Source: a virus
IMG/VR virus record: IMGVR_UViG_2716884901_000002
Location: 1,469 to 65,468 of that record
Strand: one strand, 5' to 3'
DNA length: 64,000 bases
Shown: one piece after another, positions 18,846-28,323 of the stretch
Layout: every line of letters begins with the position of its first letter
Numbering within the stretch: the first letter of the stretch is position 1
Made by a program: the position numbers and the translations under genes
The notes under the pieces: model-generated
The model's input: only the letters and a program-made list of their open reading frames with translations
Database searches by the model: none
Told to the model about the DNA's origin: nothing

Positions 18846-19165
18846 GCCACAACTTCAAACCGGGCGACTTGGCGCTTATCGTCAATTCAGCGGCACCTGA
18901 AAACATTGGCAAGACCGTCCGGCTCGTCGAGTTCATTGCCGCCCATGGCACTCCTTTCATTCGCGAGGGGGTGAGATTCAGTCCTCGGGAGATGGCTACC
19001 TGGATCGTAGAGACTCCCGACGGTTCCAAGACCCTCGTTGGTGGCTACATCCAGCGGACCATCATGGTCAGCTCTGGTCCGTGTCGGCAGAAATGGCTCA
19101 TGCCTCTAGGTGGCGACTTCGAGCCTCAGCAGCAGAAAGCCAAGGAGGCCGAGCCATGCGTGTAG
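18842..19165 (+). CDS. Hypothetical phage protein (FKPGDLALI N-terminus)
   Basis: 4-bp overlap in the nin region. Confidence 0.6.
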   Translation: MSHNFKPGDLALIVNSAAPENIGKTVRLVEFIAAHGTPFIREGVRFSPREMATWIVETPDGSKTLVGGYIQRTIMVSSGPCRQKWLMPLGGDFEPQQQKAKEAEPCV

Positions 19166-19758
19166 CCGAGATCAAGCCGAAGAAGTGCAAGGCACCAGGT
19201 TGCGGCAAGCCCTTCAAGCCGACCATGACCACGCAGAAGGTATGCAGCATCGCCTGCGCCAAGGCCATGGCCAAAGACCCGAAGCTGCAGAAGGTCGCGG
19301 CCAGGGCCATCACGAAGCAGGCCCGCCAGGACCTGCAGGAGCGCCGGGAGAAGCTGAAGACCCGACGCGAGCACATGGCCGAGGCCCAGACCGCGTTCAA
19401 TGCCTACATCCGCGAGCGCGACGCCGGCCTGCCGTGCATCAGCTGCGACTCGCTGCCAAGCGACCACGACCTCATCACCGGCAGCCGCTGGGACGCCGGC
19501 CATTACCGGTCGGTGGGCGCCTGCCCGGAGCTGCGCTTCGAACCGCTCAACGTCCACCGGCAGTGCGTGAAGTGCAACCGGAACCTGTCGGGGAACGCGG
19601 TCGAGTACCGCATACGGCTGGTGAAGCGCATCGGCGCCGACCGGGTCGACTGGCTCGAAGGGCCTCATAAGCCCCAGCGCCTGACCATCGAGGACTTGCA
19701 GGCCATCAAGGCTCTGTACAGGCAAAAACTCAAAGACCTGAGGAGGGCGGCAGCATGA
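19156..19758 (+). CDS. ninG: NinG/Rap recombination endonuclease
   Basis: AFNAYIRERDAGLPCISC...DAGHYRS...LRF...NVHRQCVKCN. Confidence 0.88.
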   Translation: MRVAEIKPKKCKAPGCGKPFKPTMTTQKVCSIACAKAMAKDPKLQKVAARAITKQARQDLQERREKLKTRREHMAEAQTAFNAYIRERDAGLPCISCDSLPSDHDLITGSRWDAGHYRSVGACPELRFEPLNVHRQCVKCNRNLSGNAVEYRIRLVKRIGADRVDWLEGPHKPQRLTIEDLQAIKALYRQKLKDLRRAAA

Positions 19759-19877
19759 CCTTGGATTGGAATGGCGCAGTGCACCTCCTGGTGCTGGCGT
19801 TGATCGTGGCAAGCAACTTGTGCGTTTGGCACGCCATGCGCGTATCGGATCGGATGAAGAAGGAGAAGGGCGAATGA
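19755..19877 (+). CDS. Small TM peptide (40 aa)
   Basis: Hand-translated MTLDWNGAVHLLVLALIVASNL...; ATGA overlaps on both sides. Confidence 0.5.
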   Translation: MTLDWNGAVHLLVLALIVASNLCVWHAMRVSDRMKKEKGE

Positions 19878-20554
19878 GCTATCAAAATGTGATTTCAGCG
19901 GTGGTTCGCGCCCTGGCAGCCGAGACAATCAATGGCGCCGGCGGGTGCAATGTCGAACCGCGCGTACAGTCCAGCAAGCTCAAGGGAGAAATATCGGGGA
20001 AGGATGCCGCCCTGCTGGCTGACTCCATCGTGCACAAGCTGCTGCACGCCCAACTCAGCCCGCGACACTGGAATGCCCTAGTGGCGAGGTACAGCACGCA
20101 CAAGGGGCGCAAGATCGACTCCATTGGCCGACTGGTTGCCATCGTGCCAACCCCGGCACCGAAGCGCTTCACCCAGCAGGCCGTGCTGGTCTGGGCAGTT
20201 CCGCAGCAAACGAAGGGCATTCAGCGCAAGGTGCCCCAGTTCAAGGCGCCTGACCCTCGCGAAAACGAACGGGAAGGGCAGTGGGATTGGCGCAACAAGG
20301 CTGCTGCTGCCGCTGCTGAGCGCGCCAACAAGCACGCCCGTGCCGTGGCCGAGGTGAAGCCGGGGGAGATGATCGTCCTGGCCGAGTCGAACTACGACAT
20401 GACCAACTGGGATTCCCAAGGCCTGACCGAGCGCACCTACCAGCGTTGGAACCGGGCAATCAAGGGCGCTCTGGAGTCGCTGGTGAACGAGGCGCTGACC
20501 GAGGCCCAGCACATGCTTGAAGCGATTGGCGTGCTGTTCGACGAGGCGGCGTGA
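19874..20554 (+). CDS. Q-like late antiterminator
   Basis: Last gene before the late promoter; homologous to 52826..53548; position-based. Confidence 0.65.
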   Translation: MSYQNVISAVVRALAAETINGAGGCNVEPRVQSSKLKGEISGKDAALLADSIVHKLLHAQLSPRHWNALVARYSTHKGRKIDSIGRLVAIVPTPAPKRFTQQAVLVWAVPQQTKGIQRKVPQFKAPDPRENEREGQWDWRNKAAAAAAERANKHARAVAEVKPGEMIVLAESNYDMTNWDSQGLTERTYQRWNRAIKGALESLVNEALTEAQHMLEAIGVLFDEAA

Positions 20555-20572
20555 AAAGGCCCTCAAAAGGGC

Positions 20573-20645
20573 TTGCAATATCATGTCGCCATGTCGTAAA
20601 TTTGCACCATCCTGTCATTCCTGCGCGTGTTGAGGAGTGACGAAT
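20573..20645 (+). promoter_or_regulatory. Late promoter pR'-like and conserved 39-bp initial transcribed region
   Basis: TTGCAA-N18-TAAATT; 20607-20645 is 38/39 identical to 54560-54598. Confidence 0.65.
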
Positions 20646-20908
20646 GGCTTCGGGGGGCGAACGGTTCGATTCCGGCAGCTCTCACAGCTACCCAGGTGGC
20701 GTTGCTGTTTGTTATGGCGGTCTTCATGGCCGTGCTTTCCACAACACCAGAAATGCTGACCGCGACAGTTATTTCGCTCGCGGATGAGGGTAGTAAGATG
20801 ACCGAGATCCCAAGCTTCACCATGCTGTTTTTCAAGCCTGTTGCAAACGTGGTATCCGCCATCTGGTGTAGCTGCATCGCTGCTGGTGCAGTTCCCCGCT
20901 CCATCTGA
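20627..20908 (+). CDS. Small membrane protein between late promoter and terminator (start ambiguous, possibly frameshifted in a G6 run)
   Basis: Two hydrophobic segments; the RBS-GTG at 20637 is out of frame. Confidence 0.4.
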   Translation: MLRSDEWLRGANGSIPAALTATQVALLFVMAVFMAVLSTTPEMLTATVISLADEGSKMTEIPSFTMLFFKPVANVVSAIWCSCIAAGAVPRSI

Positions 20909-20924
20909 GGCCAACGGCCTCCGC

Positions 20925-21002
20925 AAACCCGGTCACTGAGCCGGGTTTTTTATTGCCCGAAGAGGGCCTCAAGAGTCCCGGCCAAGCGCCGGGATTTTTG
21001 TT
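20925..21002 (+). terminator. Two tandem Rho-independent terminators (tR'-like)
   Basis: AACCCGG/CCGGGTT + T-run at 20925-20951; TCCCGG/CCGGGA + T-run at 20976-21002. Confidence 0.75.
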
Positions 21003-21218
21003 CCAGCAAGAAACGCAACTGCAGCCAGGGCAGGCCCTAACGGGACAGCCTGGACACTGCTAGCCGGTAGTGTGGTGTACGGAAAAACACCGGCAGCCCG
21101 CGCACCCTGACCTCACATGCTTTCAGGGTGGCGCGTGACCGGATCGGCGAGACTGGTGCAGTAGGGTGCTGGCGCCAGGATGGTCTTCGGAGGACAGGTG
21201 GGGAGAGACCCACACAAC

Positions 21219-21283
21219 GCGGGTAGCGCAGGACGCTCAGTCACATGCTGACAATCAGGGTTCGATTCCCTGGGCCCGCCCCA
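21219..21283 (+). pseudogene. Degenerate tRNA-like element
   Basis: Perfect T-arm CAGGG-TTCGATT-CCCTG, acceptor stem 6/7 paired, 3' CCA, TCAG/CTGA anticodon-like stem; D-arm missing. Confidence 0.5.
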
Positions 21284-21368
21284 ATTCGATTCGTTAAGTG
21301 CTGCTCCGCACCTTGCCCGGTCCCTCAATAGGGCCTCCCCTCCGGGCCTTTTCTTCTAGGAACCACTC

Positions 21369-21680
21369 ATGGCCGAACCAGCAAGCACGACTGCCGGCGT
21401 CCTGCTGGTGAAGTACGGCGTGATCATTGGCGGCTTCGCAGGAGCGATCCTCTCGCTGACTTTCCTGCGCGGGCTCACCCGGGGCCAAGCGGTCGCTGCC
21501 TTTTTCACCGGCTTCGCATCGGCAGTCTTCTGCACCCCGCTCGCCATCAGCTACTTCAGCCTTGGCACAAGCGGAGAAACCCAATACGGCGTGGCCTTTC
21601 TGATAGGCCTTCTGGCAATGAACATCATCCCGGCGCTGAAGTCGCTCGTGGGATCGTTCGGAGCCAAAGGAGCTACCTGA
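21369..21680 (+). CDS. Holin-like membrane protein
   Basis: Three TM segments; first gene of the late operon. Confidence 0.7.
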   Translation: MAEPASTTAGVLLVKYGVIIGGFAGAILSLTFLRGLTRGQAVAAFFTGFASAVFCTPLAISYFSLGTSGETQYGVAFLIGLLAMNIIPALKSLVGSFGAKGAT

Positions 21681-21949
21681 TGAGCTCGACCCTGATTTCA
21701 GTCCTGATCGGCGCCAATGCCTTCCTGAGCGTGCTGGTGGTGATCGCTGCGTGCGACTACCTGCGCCGCATCCGCCCAATGGATCACCCGCTACTGGCCG
21801 TCGCGTTCTACCTGGTGGCCATCGGCGCCTTCGGCTCGTTCGTCCTGGCCATGAACGGTCATGTGCCCACCGTGTACGGCGTGATCCTCAAGCTCGGGAT
21901 CGTCCTGTACGCGGTCGCTCGACGTGGCCATGTGTTTCAGCCGGGGTAG
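21680..21949 (+). CDS. Second lysis-associated membrane protein
   Basis: Three TM segments; coupled to the holin. Confidence 0.6.
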   Translation: MSSTLISVLIGANAFLSVLVVIAACDYLRRIRPMDHPLLAVAFYLVAIGAFGSFVLAMNGHVPTVYGVILKLGIVLYAVARRGHVFQPG

Positions 21950-21986
21950 GGCGCCACAAATTCGGGATGCGCCGTTTCGTAGCGTT

Positions 21987-22223
21987 TCACTCTGAGCGCA
22001 GCAGGGGGAATAGCTCGTCCGGATTGCGTGAGTCGGCGTTCATCTTGTCGCACGCAGCTGCGGCGTCAGATCTGTTTGTGAAGCCAAATTTCAGCCTGGC
22101 CTTTTCCTGGTTGTCATAGATATCAAATCCGCCCGAAGTTGTGGCGGAGTAGAACCGGTTACCGATTTGGAAGGACTCGCCTTCTATTGGCACAGCCGGA
22201 ACGATAACGAATCTTGGTTGCAT
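21987..22223 (-). CDS. Counter-oriented moron, hypothetical protein
   Basis: MQPRFVIVPAVP...; RBS ggagg; opposite to the late operon. Confidence 0.6.
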   Translation of the reverse strand: MQPRFVIVPAVPIEGESFQIGNRFYSATTSGGFDIYDNQEKARLKFGFTNRSDAAAACDKMNADSRNPDELFPLLRSE

Positions 22224-22282
22224 ATTCTGTGCCTCCCCAGGCAGATAACTAAGTATTAGTCCCACAGAGGGAAACCATCAAC

Positions 22283-22498
22283 ATGACTCATCGAGACGAT
22301 TCGATGACGGGTCGTGTCACTCGGATCCGCCACGAGCTACCGGTCAGTAACGAGATCAAGGCTGCTGTATCCGGCCTAGATGCTGCGCTGGCGGCTGCAA
22401 TTGACGTCGCAAAGACTGCCGGGCTTCCGCAAGGATTGATCGTCGGCCTGCTGCATGGCCATGCCCACGCCGAGACGCACAAGATGGTGTGCAAGTGA
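22283..22498 (+). CDS. Hypothetical phage protein
   Basis: 71-aa ORF. Confidence 0.55.
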   Translation: MTHRDDSMTGRVTRIRHELPVSNEIKAAVSGLDAALAAAIDVAKTAGLPQGLIVGLLHGHAHAETHKMVCK

Positions 22499-23130
22499 GT
22501 GGAGAAACGGCCAGGCCCATGCCGCCACCTGCATTGCTTGAGCTGACCGATCTATCGATGCTCGGTACCAGGCTTAAGCCAGCGCCTGAGGTCGGCGAGT
22601 GGGTACAGGCTGCGATCCTCAGTGACACAGGCGATCTGCACAATCCCGACCATGCCCACTTGATCGACGCACCGCTGCGCTTTCTGTGGGCGTCCGCCTG
22701 CTTCGAGAGGCAAGGTCGAACCGTGGTAGGTCAGGCCGAACAGCTGATGTTCCGCGCTGGCGGATGGCAGAAGGCTCGGCAAGAGCAGCAAATGATCGAC
22801 TGGTTCGGCGAGGTGCCGGGCTTCGTTATCACCCTGGCTGCCGATTACTGCTCCCAGTGCTCCGACACCGAGTTCTGCGCTCTGGTCGAGCACGAGCTTT
22901 ACCACATAGCCCAGAAGCTCGATCAGTACGGCGCGCCCAAGTTCACCCAGGACGGACTGCCCAGCCTGACGCTGCGTGGACACGATGTGGAAGAGTTCGT
23001 TGGCGTGGTGCGCCGCTACGGTGCCGGGCATGACGTACAGCAGCTGATCGACGCTGCGAGCAGGCCGCCAGAGGTGGCCAAGATCAACATTTCGAGGGCC
23101 TGCGGAACCTGCCTACTCAAGTCGGCCTGA
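22495..23130 (+). CDS. Putative phage metallopeptidase
   Basis: ALVEHELYHI HExxH motif; HDVEEF. Confidence 0.75.
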   Translation: MSGETARPMPPPALLELTDLSMLGTRLKPAPEVGEWVQAAILSDTGDLHNPDHAHLIDAPLRFLWASACFERQGRTVVGQAEQLMFRAGGWQKARQEQQMIDWFGEVPGFVITLAADYCSQCSDTEFCALVEHELYHIAQKLDQYGAPKFTQDGLPSLTLRGHDVEEFVGVVRRYGAGHDVQQLIDAASRPPEVAKINISRACGTCLLKSA

Positions 23131-23160
23131 TTTTGACGGGTCCTGACGGATGACAACCCT

Positions 23161-23637
23161 ATGGCAGCACTACGAAGCGAGGTCAAAGCCTTCATTGTTC
23201 AGGCTCTGGCCTGCTTCGACACACCGTCGCAGGTTGCTGAGGCCGTCAAGAAGGAATTCGGGATTGAAGTGAGTCGCCAGCAGTGCGAGTCGCATGACCC
23301 CACCAAGTATGCAGGAAGAGGTCTGGCCCAAAAGTGGGCTGACCTTTTCCACGAATGCCGAAAGCGCTTTCGTGAAGAGACGGCAGACATTCCAATCGCT
23401 AACCGAGCGTTTCGGCTGCGCGGGCTTGGGCGATTGGCCGAGAAGGCCGAGAACATGCGAAACCTGGCGCTGACCGCTCAGCTGTATGAGCAGGCGGCCA
23501 AGGAATGCGGCGACATGTACGTCAACCGCAAGATCGAACCCGACAAGCCCCTGGGCTCCCAGGCGGACCAGCAGCACGCCGTTGCTGAGTACAAGCTGGA
23601 GCCAGACGAGAATGTCCCCGCTACCCCGTACCTATGA
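23161..23637 (+). CDS. DUF2280 protein, terminase small subunit position
   Basis: FIVQALACFDTPSQVA...YDP-like...IPIAN.AFRL pattern; precedes TerL. Confidence 0.8.
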   Translation: MAALRSEVKAFIVQALACFDTPSQVAEAVKKEFGIEVSRQQCESHDPTKYAGRGLAQKWADLFHECRKRFREETADIPIANRAFRLRGLGRLAEKAENMRNLALTAQLYEQAAKECGDMYVNRKIEPDKPLGSQADQQHAVAEYKLEPDENVPATPYL

Positions 23638-24931
23638 GGCTCCGGTAAAGCTGACGCCGAAGCAGGCGAACATCTACGTGTGGGGCTTCCAGCGTAATGC
23701 CCGCTTCCGCGATGCGGTGTGTGGCCGGCGATTCGGCAAGACCTTCCTCGGCAAGGCTGAGATGCGCCGCGCGGCCCGGCTGGCTGCCGAGTGGGGTGTC
23801 AGCGTTGAGGATGAGATCTGGTACGCAGCCCCGACGCAGAAGCAGGCCCGCCGAGTGTTCTGGCGCCGACTGAAGCAGGCCATCCCGCGAGAGTGGCGAG
23901 AGTGCAAGCCGAACGAGTCGGACATGCTGATCACGCTCAAGAGCGGCCATCTGATCCGCTGCGTGGGCCTGGAGAACTACGACGACCTGCGCGGCTCAGG
24001 CCTGTTCTTCGTGCTGGTGGACGAATGGGCAGACTGTAAATGGGCTGCCTGGGAGGAAGTTCTGCGGCCGATGCTGTCGACGTGCGAGTACGTCATACCG
24101 GGCGTCGGCAAGTGTAAGGGTGGTCACGCGCTACGCATCGGCACCCCCAAGGGCTTTAACCACTGTTTCGACACCTACCGCGACGGTCAGGCTGACGGTG
24201 AGCCAGACCACAAGAGCTGGCTCTACACCTCACTGCAGGGCGGTAATGTTCCGGCTGAGGAGCTAGACGCGGCGCGCCGCAAGATGGACCCGCGCACATT
24301 CCGGCAGGAGTACGAGGCCAGCTTCGAGAACTACGCCGGGGTCGTCTACTACACCTTCAGCCGAAGCGAGAGCCGCACCAGCGAGCGAATCAAGCCTGGC
24401 GAGGCCCTGCACATCGGCATGGACTTCAACGTCATGAAGATGGCCGCGGTGGTCTATGTCGTCCGCGATGGCCTGCCTTTGGCCCTTGATGAGTTCCACT
24501 CGGTTCGTGACACGCCGGAGATGATCGAGAAGATCAAGGCGCGTTTCCCAGGGCACGGCATAGCGGTCTATCCCGACGCAAGTGGCCAGAACACCAGTAG
24601 CAAGAACGCCAGCGAGTCGGACCTGTCCCTGCTGCGCAAAGCTGGATTCACGGTGATCGTGGACACGCAGAACCCGAGCGTCAAAGACCGGGTTAACTCG
24701 GTCAACGCCATGCTGCTGAACAGCTACGGCGAACGCCGGCTTAAGGTCAACATGGACCAGTGCCCACAGCTGACGCTGTGCCTGGAGCGCCAGACCTACG
24801 ACAAGCATGGCGAACCCGACAAGGACCCGAAGAAGGGTCATGACCACATGAACGACGCCGCTGGCTACTTCATCGCCAAGCGATACCCGATCAACGTGGC
24901 GACGACCACAAGCCAATCCCTGAGAATGTGA
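23612..24931 (+). CDS. Terminase large subunit
   Basis: Walker A GRRFGKT, Walker B VLVDE, GTPKG, nuclease GMDFN and DHMNDA. Confidence 0.92.
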   Translation: MSPLPRTYEAPVKLTPKQANIYVWGFQRNARFRDAVCGRRFGKTFLGKAEMRRAARLAAEWGVSVEDEIWYAAPTQKQARRVFWRRLKQAIPREWRECKPNESDMLITLKSGHLIRCVGLENYDDLRGSGLFFVLVDEWADCKWAAWEEVLRPMLSTCEYVIPGVGKCKGGHALRIGTPKGFNHCFDTYRDGQADGEPDHKSWLYTSLQGGNVPAEELDAARRKMDPRTFRQEYEASFENYAGVVYYTFSRSESRTSERIKPGEALHIGMDFNVMKMAAVVYVVRDGLPLALDEFHSVRDTPEMIEKIKARFPGHGIAVYPDASGQNTSSKNASESDLSLLRKAGFTVIVDTQNPSVKDRVNSVNAMLLNSYGERRLKVNMDQCPQLTLCLERQTYDKHGEPDKDPKKGHDHMNDAAGYFIAKRYPINVATTTSQSLRM

Positions 24932-24933
24932 CC

Positions 24934-26340
24934 ATGAGCGATAACCCGAGCATCACGCTGCCCGCTGTCGACGCGATGCGCGCCTACTGGGCCGTGATCT
25001 CGCCGCTCATGAACGGGACAATGGCAATGCGCGCCGCGGGCAAGGCCCTGCTGCCGCAGTACCCAGCCGAAGACGACGAGGCCTACAAAGAGCGCCTGCG
25101 CCTTTCGACCCTGCTGCCGGCGTACTCCGAGACCGTGGGCAACATGACCTCCCGCGTGTTCGCCGAGCCGCTGCAGGTAGGCGACGATGTGCCAGAGTCC
25201 ATTGTCGAGATGACCAAGGACATCGACCACGCCGGCAACGATCTCAACTCCTGGGCGGTGGGGTTCTTCACCGAAGGCTTGAGCCATGGGCTGTGCCACG
25301 CCTTCGTCGATCACCCGCCAGCGGGTGAGCTGAAGACCCAGGCAGACGAGCAGGCCGCTGGCGTGCGCCCCTATGTGGTGATGGTGAGGCCTGAGCAGGT
25401 GCTGGGCTGGCGCTCCAAGGGCGGCGTGCTGACCATGGTCCGCTACATCGAGGTGGTCGAGGAGGAAGATGGCGAGTTCGGCGCCAAGTGCGTCGAGCAG
25501 ATTCGCGTGCTGGAGCCGGGCGCCTGGCGAACCTATCGCAGGTCAGCTAAGGCCGTGCGCGGTAAGCACGCCGCATCTGGCGGTACCTGGGAGCTGCACG
25601 AGGAAGGCACCAACAGCCTGACCGCGATCCCCTGGGTCACCTTCTACACGGGGCGCACCGGTTTCATGACGGCCAAGCCGCCGCTGATCGAACTGGCACA
25701 CCTGAACGTGAAGCACTGGCAAAGCCAGAGCGACCAGGACAACATCCTCCACGTTATCCGCGTGCCGATCCTGGTGCGCATCGGCATCCAGACCCAGTAC
25801 GACAACCAGGGGAAGGTGATTCCGCCAGAGTTCAAGGTGGGTACCGGCCAGCTGACCGATCTGCCCAAGGATTGTGACCTCAAGTATGTCGAGCACACCG
25901 GCCAAGCCGTCGATGCGGGTCGCACCGCGCTGCAGGACCTGATCAACGAGATGCGCATGGCCGGGGCCAAGCTGCTGACGCCGGACAAAACAGCCACCAA
26001 GACCGCCACCCAGGCGGAGGAGGAGGCGGCGCAGGAACTGTCCCCGCTGGCACGCATGGCTCACCACTTCGCCGACTGCCTGGCGCAACTGCTCCAGTTC
26101 ATGGCCGATTATCGCGGACTGGGCGATGGCGGAACCGTCGAGATGCGCGGCAATTTCGATGTCGACTACATGCCGGAGGTGTCGCTGCCGACGCTGGTGT
26201 CCATGGCAAATGCCGGGATGATCAGTAAGGAGACGCTATTCACCGAGATGCAGCGGCGCGGCGTGATCAGCGACGAATACGACTGGGAAGAGGAACTGGC
26301 GAAGATTGAGGCCCAGGGCCCGGCCCTCGGTACGCTGTGA
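24934..26340 (+). CDS. Portal protein (DUF4055 type)
   Basis: 469 aa directly after TerL; LPQYPAEDDEAY..RL. Confidence 0.8.
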   Translation: MSDNPSITLPAVDAMRAYWAVISPLMNGTMAMRAAGKALLPQYPAEDDEAYKERLRLSTLLPAYSETVGNMTSRVFAEPLQVGDDVPESIVEMTKDIDHAGNDLNSWAVGFFTEGLSHGLCHAFVDHPPAGELKTQADEQAAGVRPYVVMVRPEQVLGWRSKGGVLTMVRYIEVVEEEDGEFGAKCVEQIRVLEPGAWRTYRRSAKAVRGKHAASGGTWELHEEGTNSLTAIPWVTFYTGRTGFMTAKPPLIELAHLNVKHWQSQSDQDNILHVIRVPILVRIGIQTQYDNQGKVIPPEFKVGTGQLTDLPKDCDLKYVEHTGQAVDAGRTALQDLINEMRMAGAKLLTPDKTATKTATQAEEEAAQELSPLARMAHHFADCLAQLLQFMADYRGLGDGGTVEMRGNFDVDYMPEVSLPTLVSMANAGMISKETLFTEMQRRGVISDEYDWEEELAKIEAQGPALGTL

Positions 26341-27416
26341 TGAAGACGGCCAACGAGAAGTTGCTGAACGAGCTGATCGGGCATGAGGTCGACCTGTCCA
26401 GGCTGAGCAACAGCCAGGTCGTGGCGATCATCAGGATCCTGAACAGTTCTGACCCTGAGATGAGGGCAGCGCTCATTGCTGCCATCGACAGCCTGGATGC
26501 CGGCGCGTCCGTTGCAGCGATCGATGCCGCTCTGGCGCCCGTGCTGCGGATCAATCAATCGACGTTCTTTAGCCTGCAGCAGGCGCTCACAGGCGTAATC
26601 GACGGCGTGGCCAGTTACGAGATTGCCTTTCAGGCCGCTGCGCTTACAGCGGCTGTTCCTGAGCTTGTGCAGGCGCGATTCCCGGTTGCCGTGGCACAGT
26701 TCAGTCAGGTACGCGCCATTGCGCTGGCAAGACCCTTCCAAGGACGGCTGCTCAGCGAGTGGATGGCGGGCATCGAGGCCGACCGTGCTGCGTCGATCCG
26801 CGATGCCGTGCGGTCTGGCGTGCTTGAAGGGCGCACGACGCCGGAGATCGTCCGGCAGATCATGGGTACCAAGGCGGAGAAGTACGCTGACGGCATCCTG
26901 CAGAGGTCTCGCCGGGAGGTGGAGGCGGTTGTCCGGTCTGCTGTGTCCAGCACGGCTGAGACGGCCAGCGACAAGGCGTTCGAGGCCAACAGCGACATCA
27001 TCAGCCATGTTGAGTGGCTGAGCACTCTGGACAACCGGACATCGACGACCTGCCGAATACGTGACCGCCTGCCGTACACATTGGGCACCTACCGGCCCAT
27101 CGGGCACAAGGTGCCGTGGCTAGCCGGCCCGGGCCGTATTCACTTCTGCTGCCGCTCGACCAAGCTGCCAATCCTCAAGAGCGCTCTTTCGCTCGGCATC
27201 AGCGATGCAGCGACCAGGGCGTCTATGGATGGCCAGGTTCCGCAGCAGACCACCTACGCCGAATGGCTTGCCCGCCAGCCTGCCGCCCGCCAGGACGAGA
27301 TCCTCGGCCCGGAGCGGGGGAAGCTGCTGCGCCAGGACAAGCTGAAGCTGCAGGACTTCTACAACGACAAGGGCAAGTTCCTGACGCTCGATGAGCTCCG
27401 GGAGCGCCTGTTGTAG
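26340..27416 (+). CDS. Minor head protein (MuF/SPP1 gp7 family)
   Basis: WLSTLDNRTSTTC...D...HFCCRS. Confidence 0.85.
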   Translation: MKTANEKLLNELIGHEVDLSRLSNSQVVAIIRILNSSDPEMRAALIAAIDSLDAGASVAAIDAALAPVLRINQSTFFSLQQALTGVIDGVASYEIAFQAAALTAAVPELVQARFPVAVAQFSQVRAIALARPFQGRLLSEWMAGIEADRAASIRDAVRSGVLEGRTTPEIVRQIMGTKAEKYADGILQRSRREVEAVVRSAVSSTAETASDKAFEANSDIISHVEWLSTLDNRTSTTCRIRDRLPYTLGTYRPIGHKVPWLAGPGRIHFCCRSTKLPILKSALSLGISDAATRASMDGQVPQQTTYAEWLARQPAARQDEILGPERGKLLRQDKLKLQDFYNDKGKFLTLDELRERLL

Positions 27417-27463
27417 CCCGCGCCACAAAACACCAAAGCGCCATTTCGTGGCGCGCAATTGCA

Positions 27464-27490
27464 AAGCCTCGCCTAGTGCGGGGCTTTTTC
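27464..27490 (+). terminator. Rho-independent terminator
   Basis: AAGCCTCGC-CTAGT-GCGGGGCTTTTT. Confidence 0.65.
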
Positions 27491-27567
27491 ATGCCTGCGG
27501 TTCGGATGGACGGGGCGACCTGGGGCCGGATGGCTCACCAACAGGCCGGATGGCCCAGAGAGACGAG

Positions 27568-28314
27568 ATGAAACTCAAAACCGTTGAAGTGGATGGCAAG
27601 CAGTACGCAGTGATCGAAGATGGAAAGCCCGTATACACCGATGACGACGGCAAGGACGTCGCCTTCGATGCGGTCGGCACTCGCAACACCATCACCCGGC
27701 TGAATGCCGAGGCGAAGTCGCACCGCGAGCGCGCGGACAGCTTCGAGAAAACTGCGAAGGCGTTCGAAGGCATCGAAGATGCTGCGGCCGCCAAGAAAGC
27801 CCTGGAGATCGTGGCCAACCTCGACGCCAAGAAGCTGGTGGATGCCGGCGAGATCGAGAAGGTGAAGGGCGAAATCAGCAAGGCCTTCCAAACCCAGCTG
27901 GATGAAGCCAACGGCAAGGCGCAGGCCTTCGAGCAGCAGCTGTATGCCGAGAAGATCGGCGGCAGCTTCGCCCGCTCGCAGTTCATCGCCGAGAAGATGG
28001 CGGTGCCGGCTGACATGGTCCAGGCCACCTTCGGCAACAGCTTCAAGATCGAAGAGGGCAAGGTCGTCGCCTATGACGCCCAGGGCCAGAAGATCTTCAG
28101 CCGCAGCCGCCCGGGTGAGCTGGCCGACTTCAACGAAGCGCTGGAAACCCTCGTCTCGCAGTACCCCCATCGCGACCACATCCTGAAGAGCTCCGGCGCC
28201 AATGGCGGCGGCGCGCCGAACGGCGGTGGCCAGCACAAAACCACGAAGGGCAACTTCGGTGGCACCAAGGCTGAACGCCTGGAAGCCATCAAGGGCCTGA
28301 CCGCAAGCGAATAA
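27568..28314 (+). CDS. Capsid scaffold protein (DUF6651-like)
   Basis: MKLKTVEVDGKQYA...; coiled-coil; precedes capsid gene. Confidence 0.75.
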   Translation: MKLKTVEVDGKQYAVIEDGKPVYTDDDGKDVAFDAVGTRNTITRLNAEAKSHRERADSFEKTAKAFEGIEDAAAAKKALEIVANLDAKKLVDAGEIEKVKGEISKAFQTQLDEANGKAQAFEQQLYAEKIGGSFARSQFIAEKMAVPADMVQATFGNSFKIEEGKVVAYDAQGQKIFSRSRPGELADFNEALETLVSQYPHRDHILKSSGANGGGAPNGGGQHKTTKGNFGGTKAERLEAIKGLTASE

Positions 28315-28323
28315 GGAGGCCCA

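Noticed and set aside
20660-20685. GGTTCGATTCC resembling a tRNA T-loop
   Set aside because: Only a 3-bp stem, with no acceptor or anticodon arms
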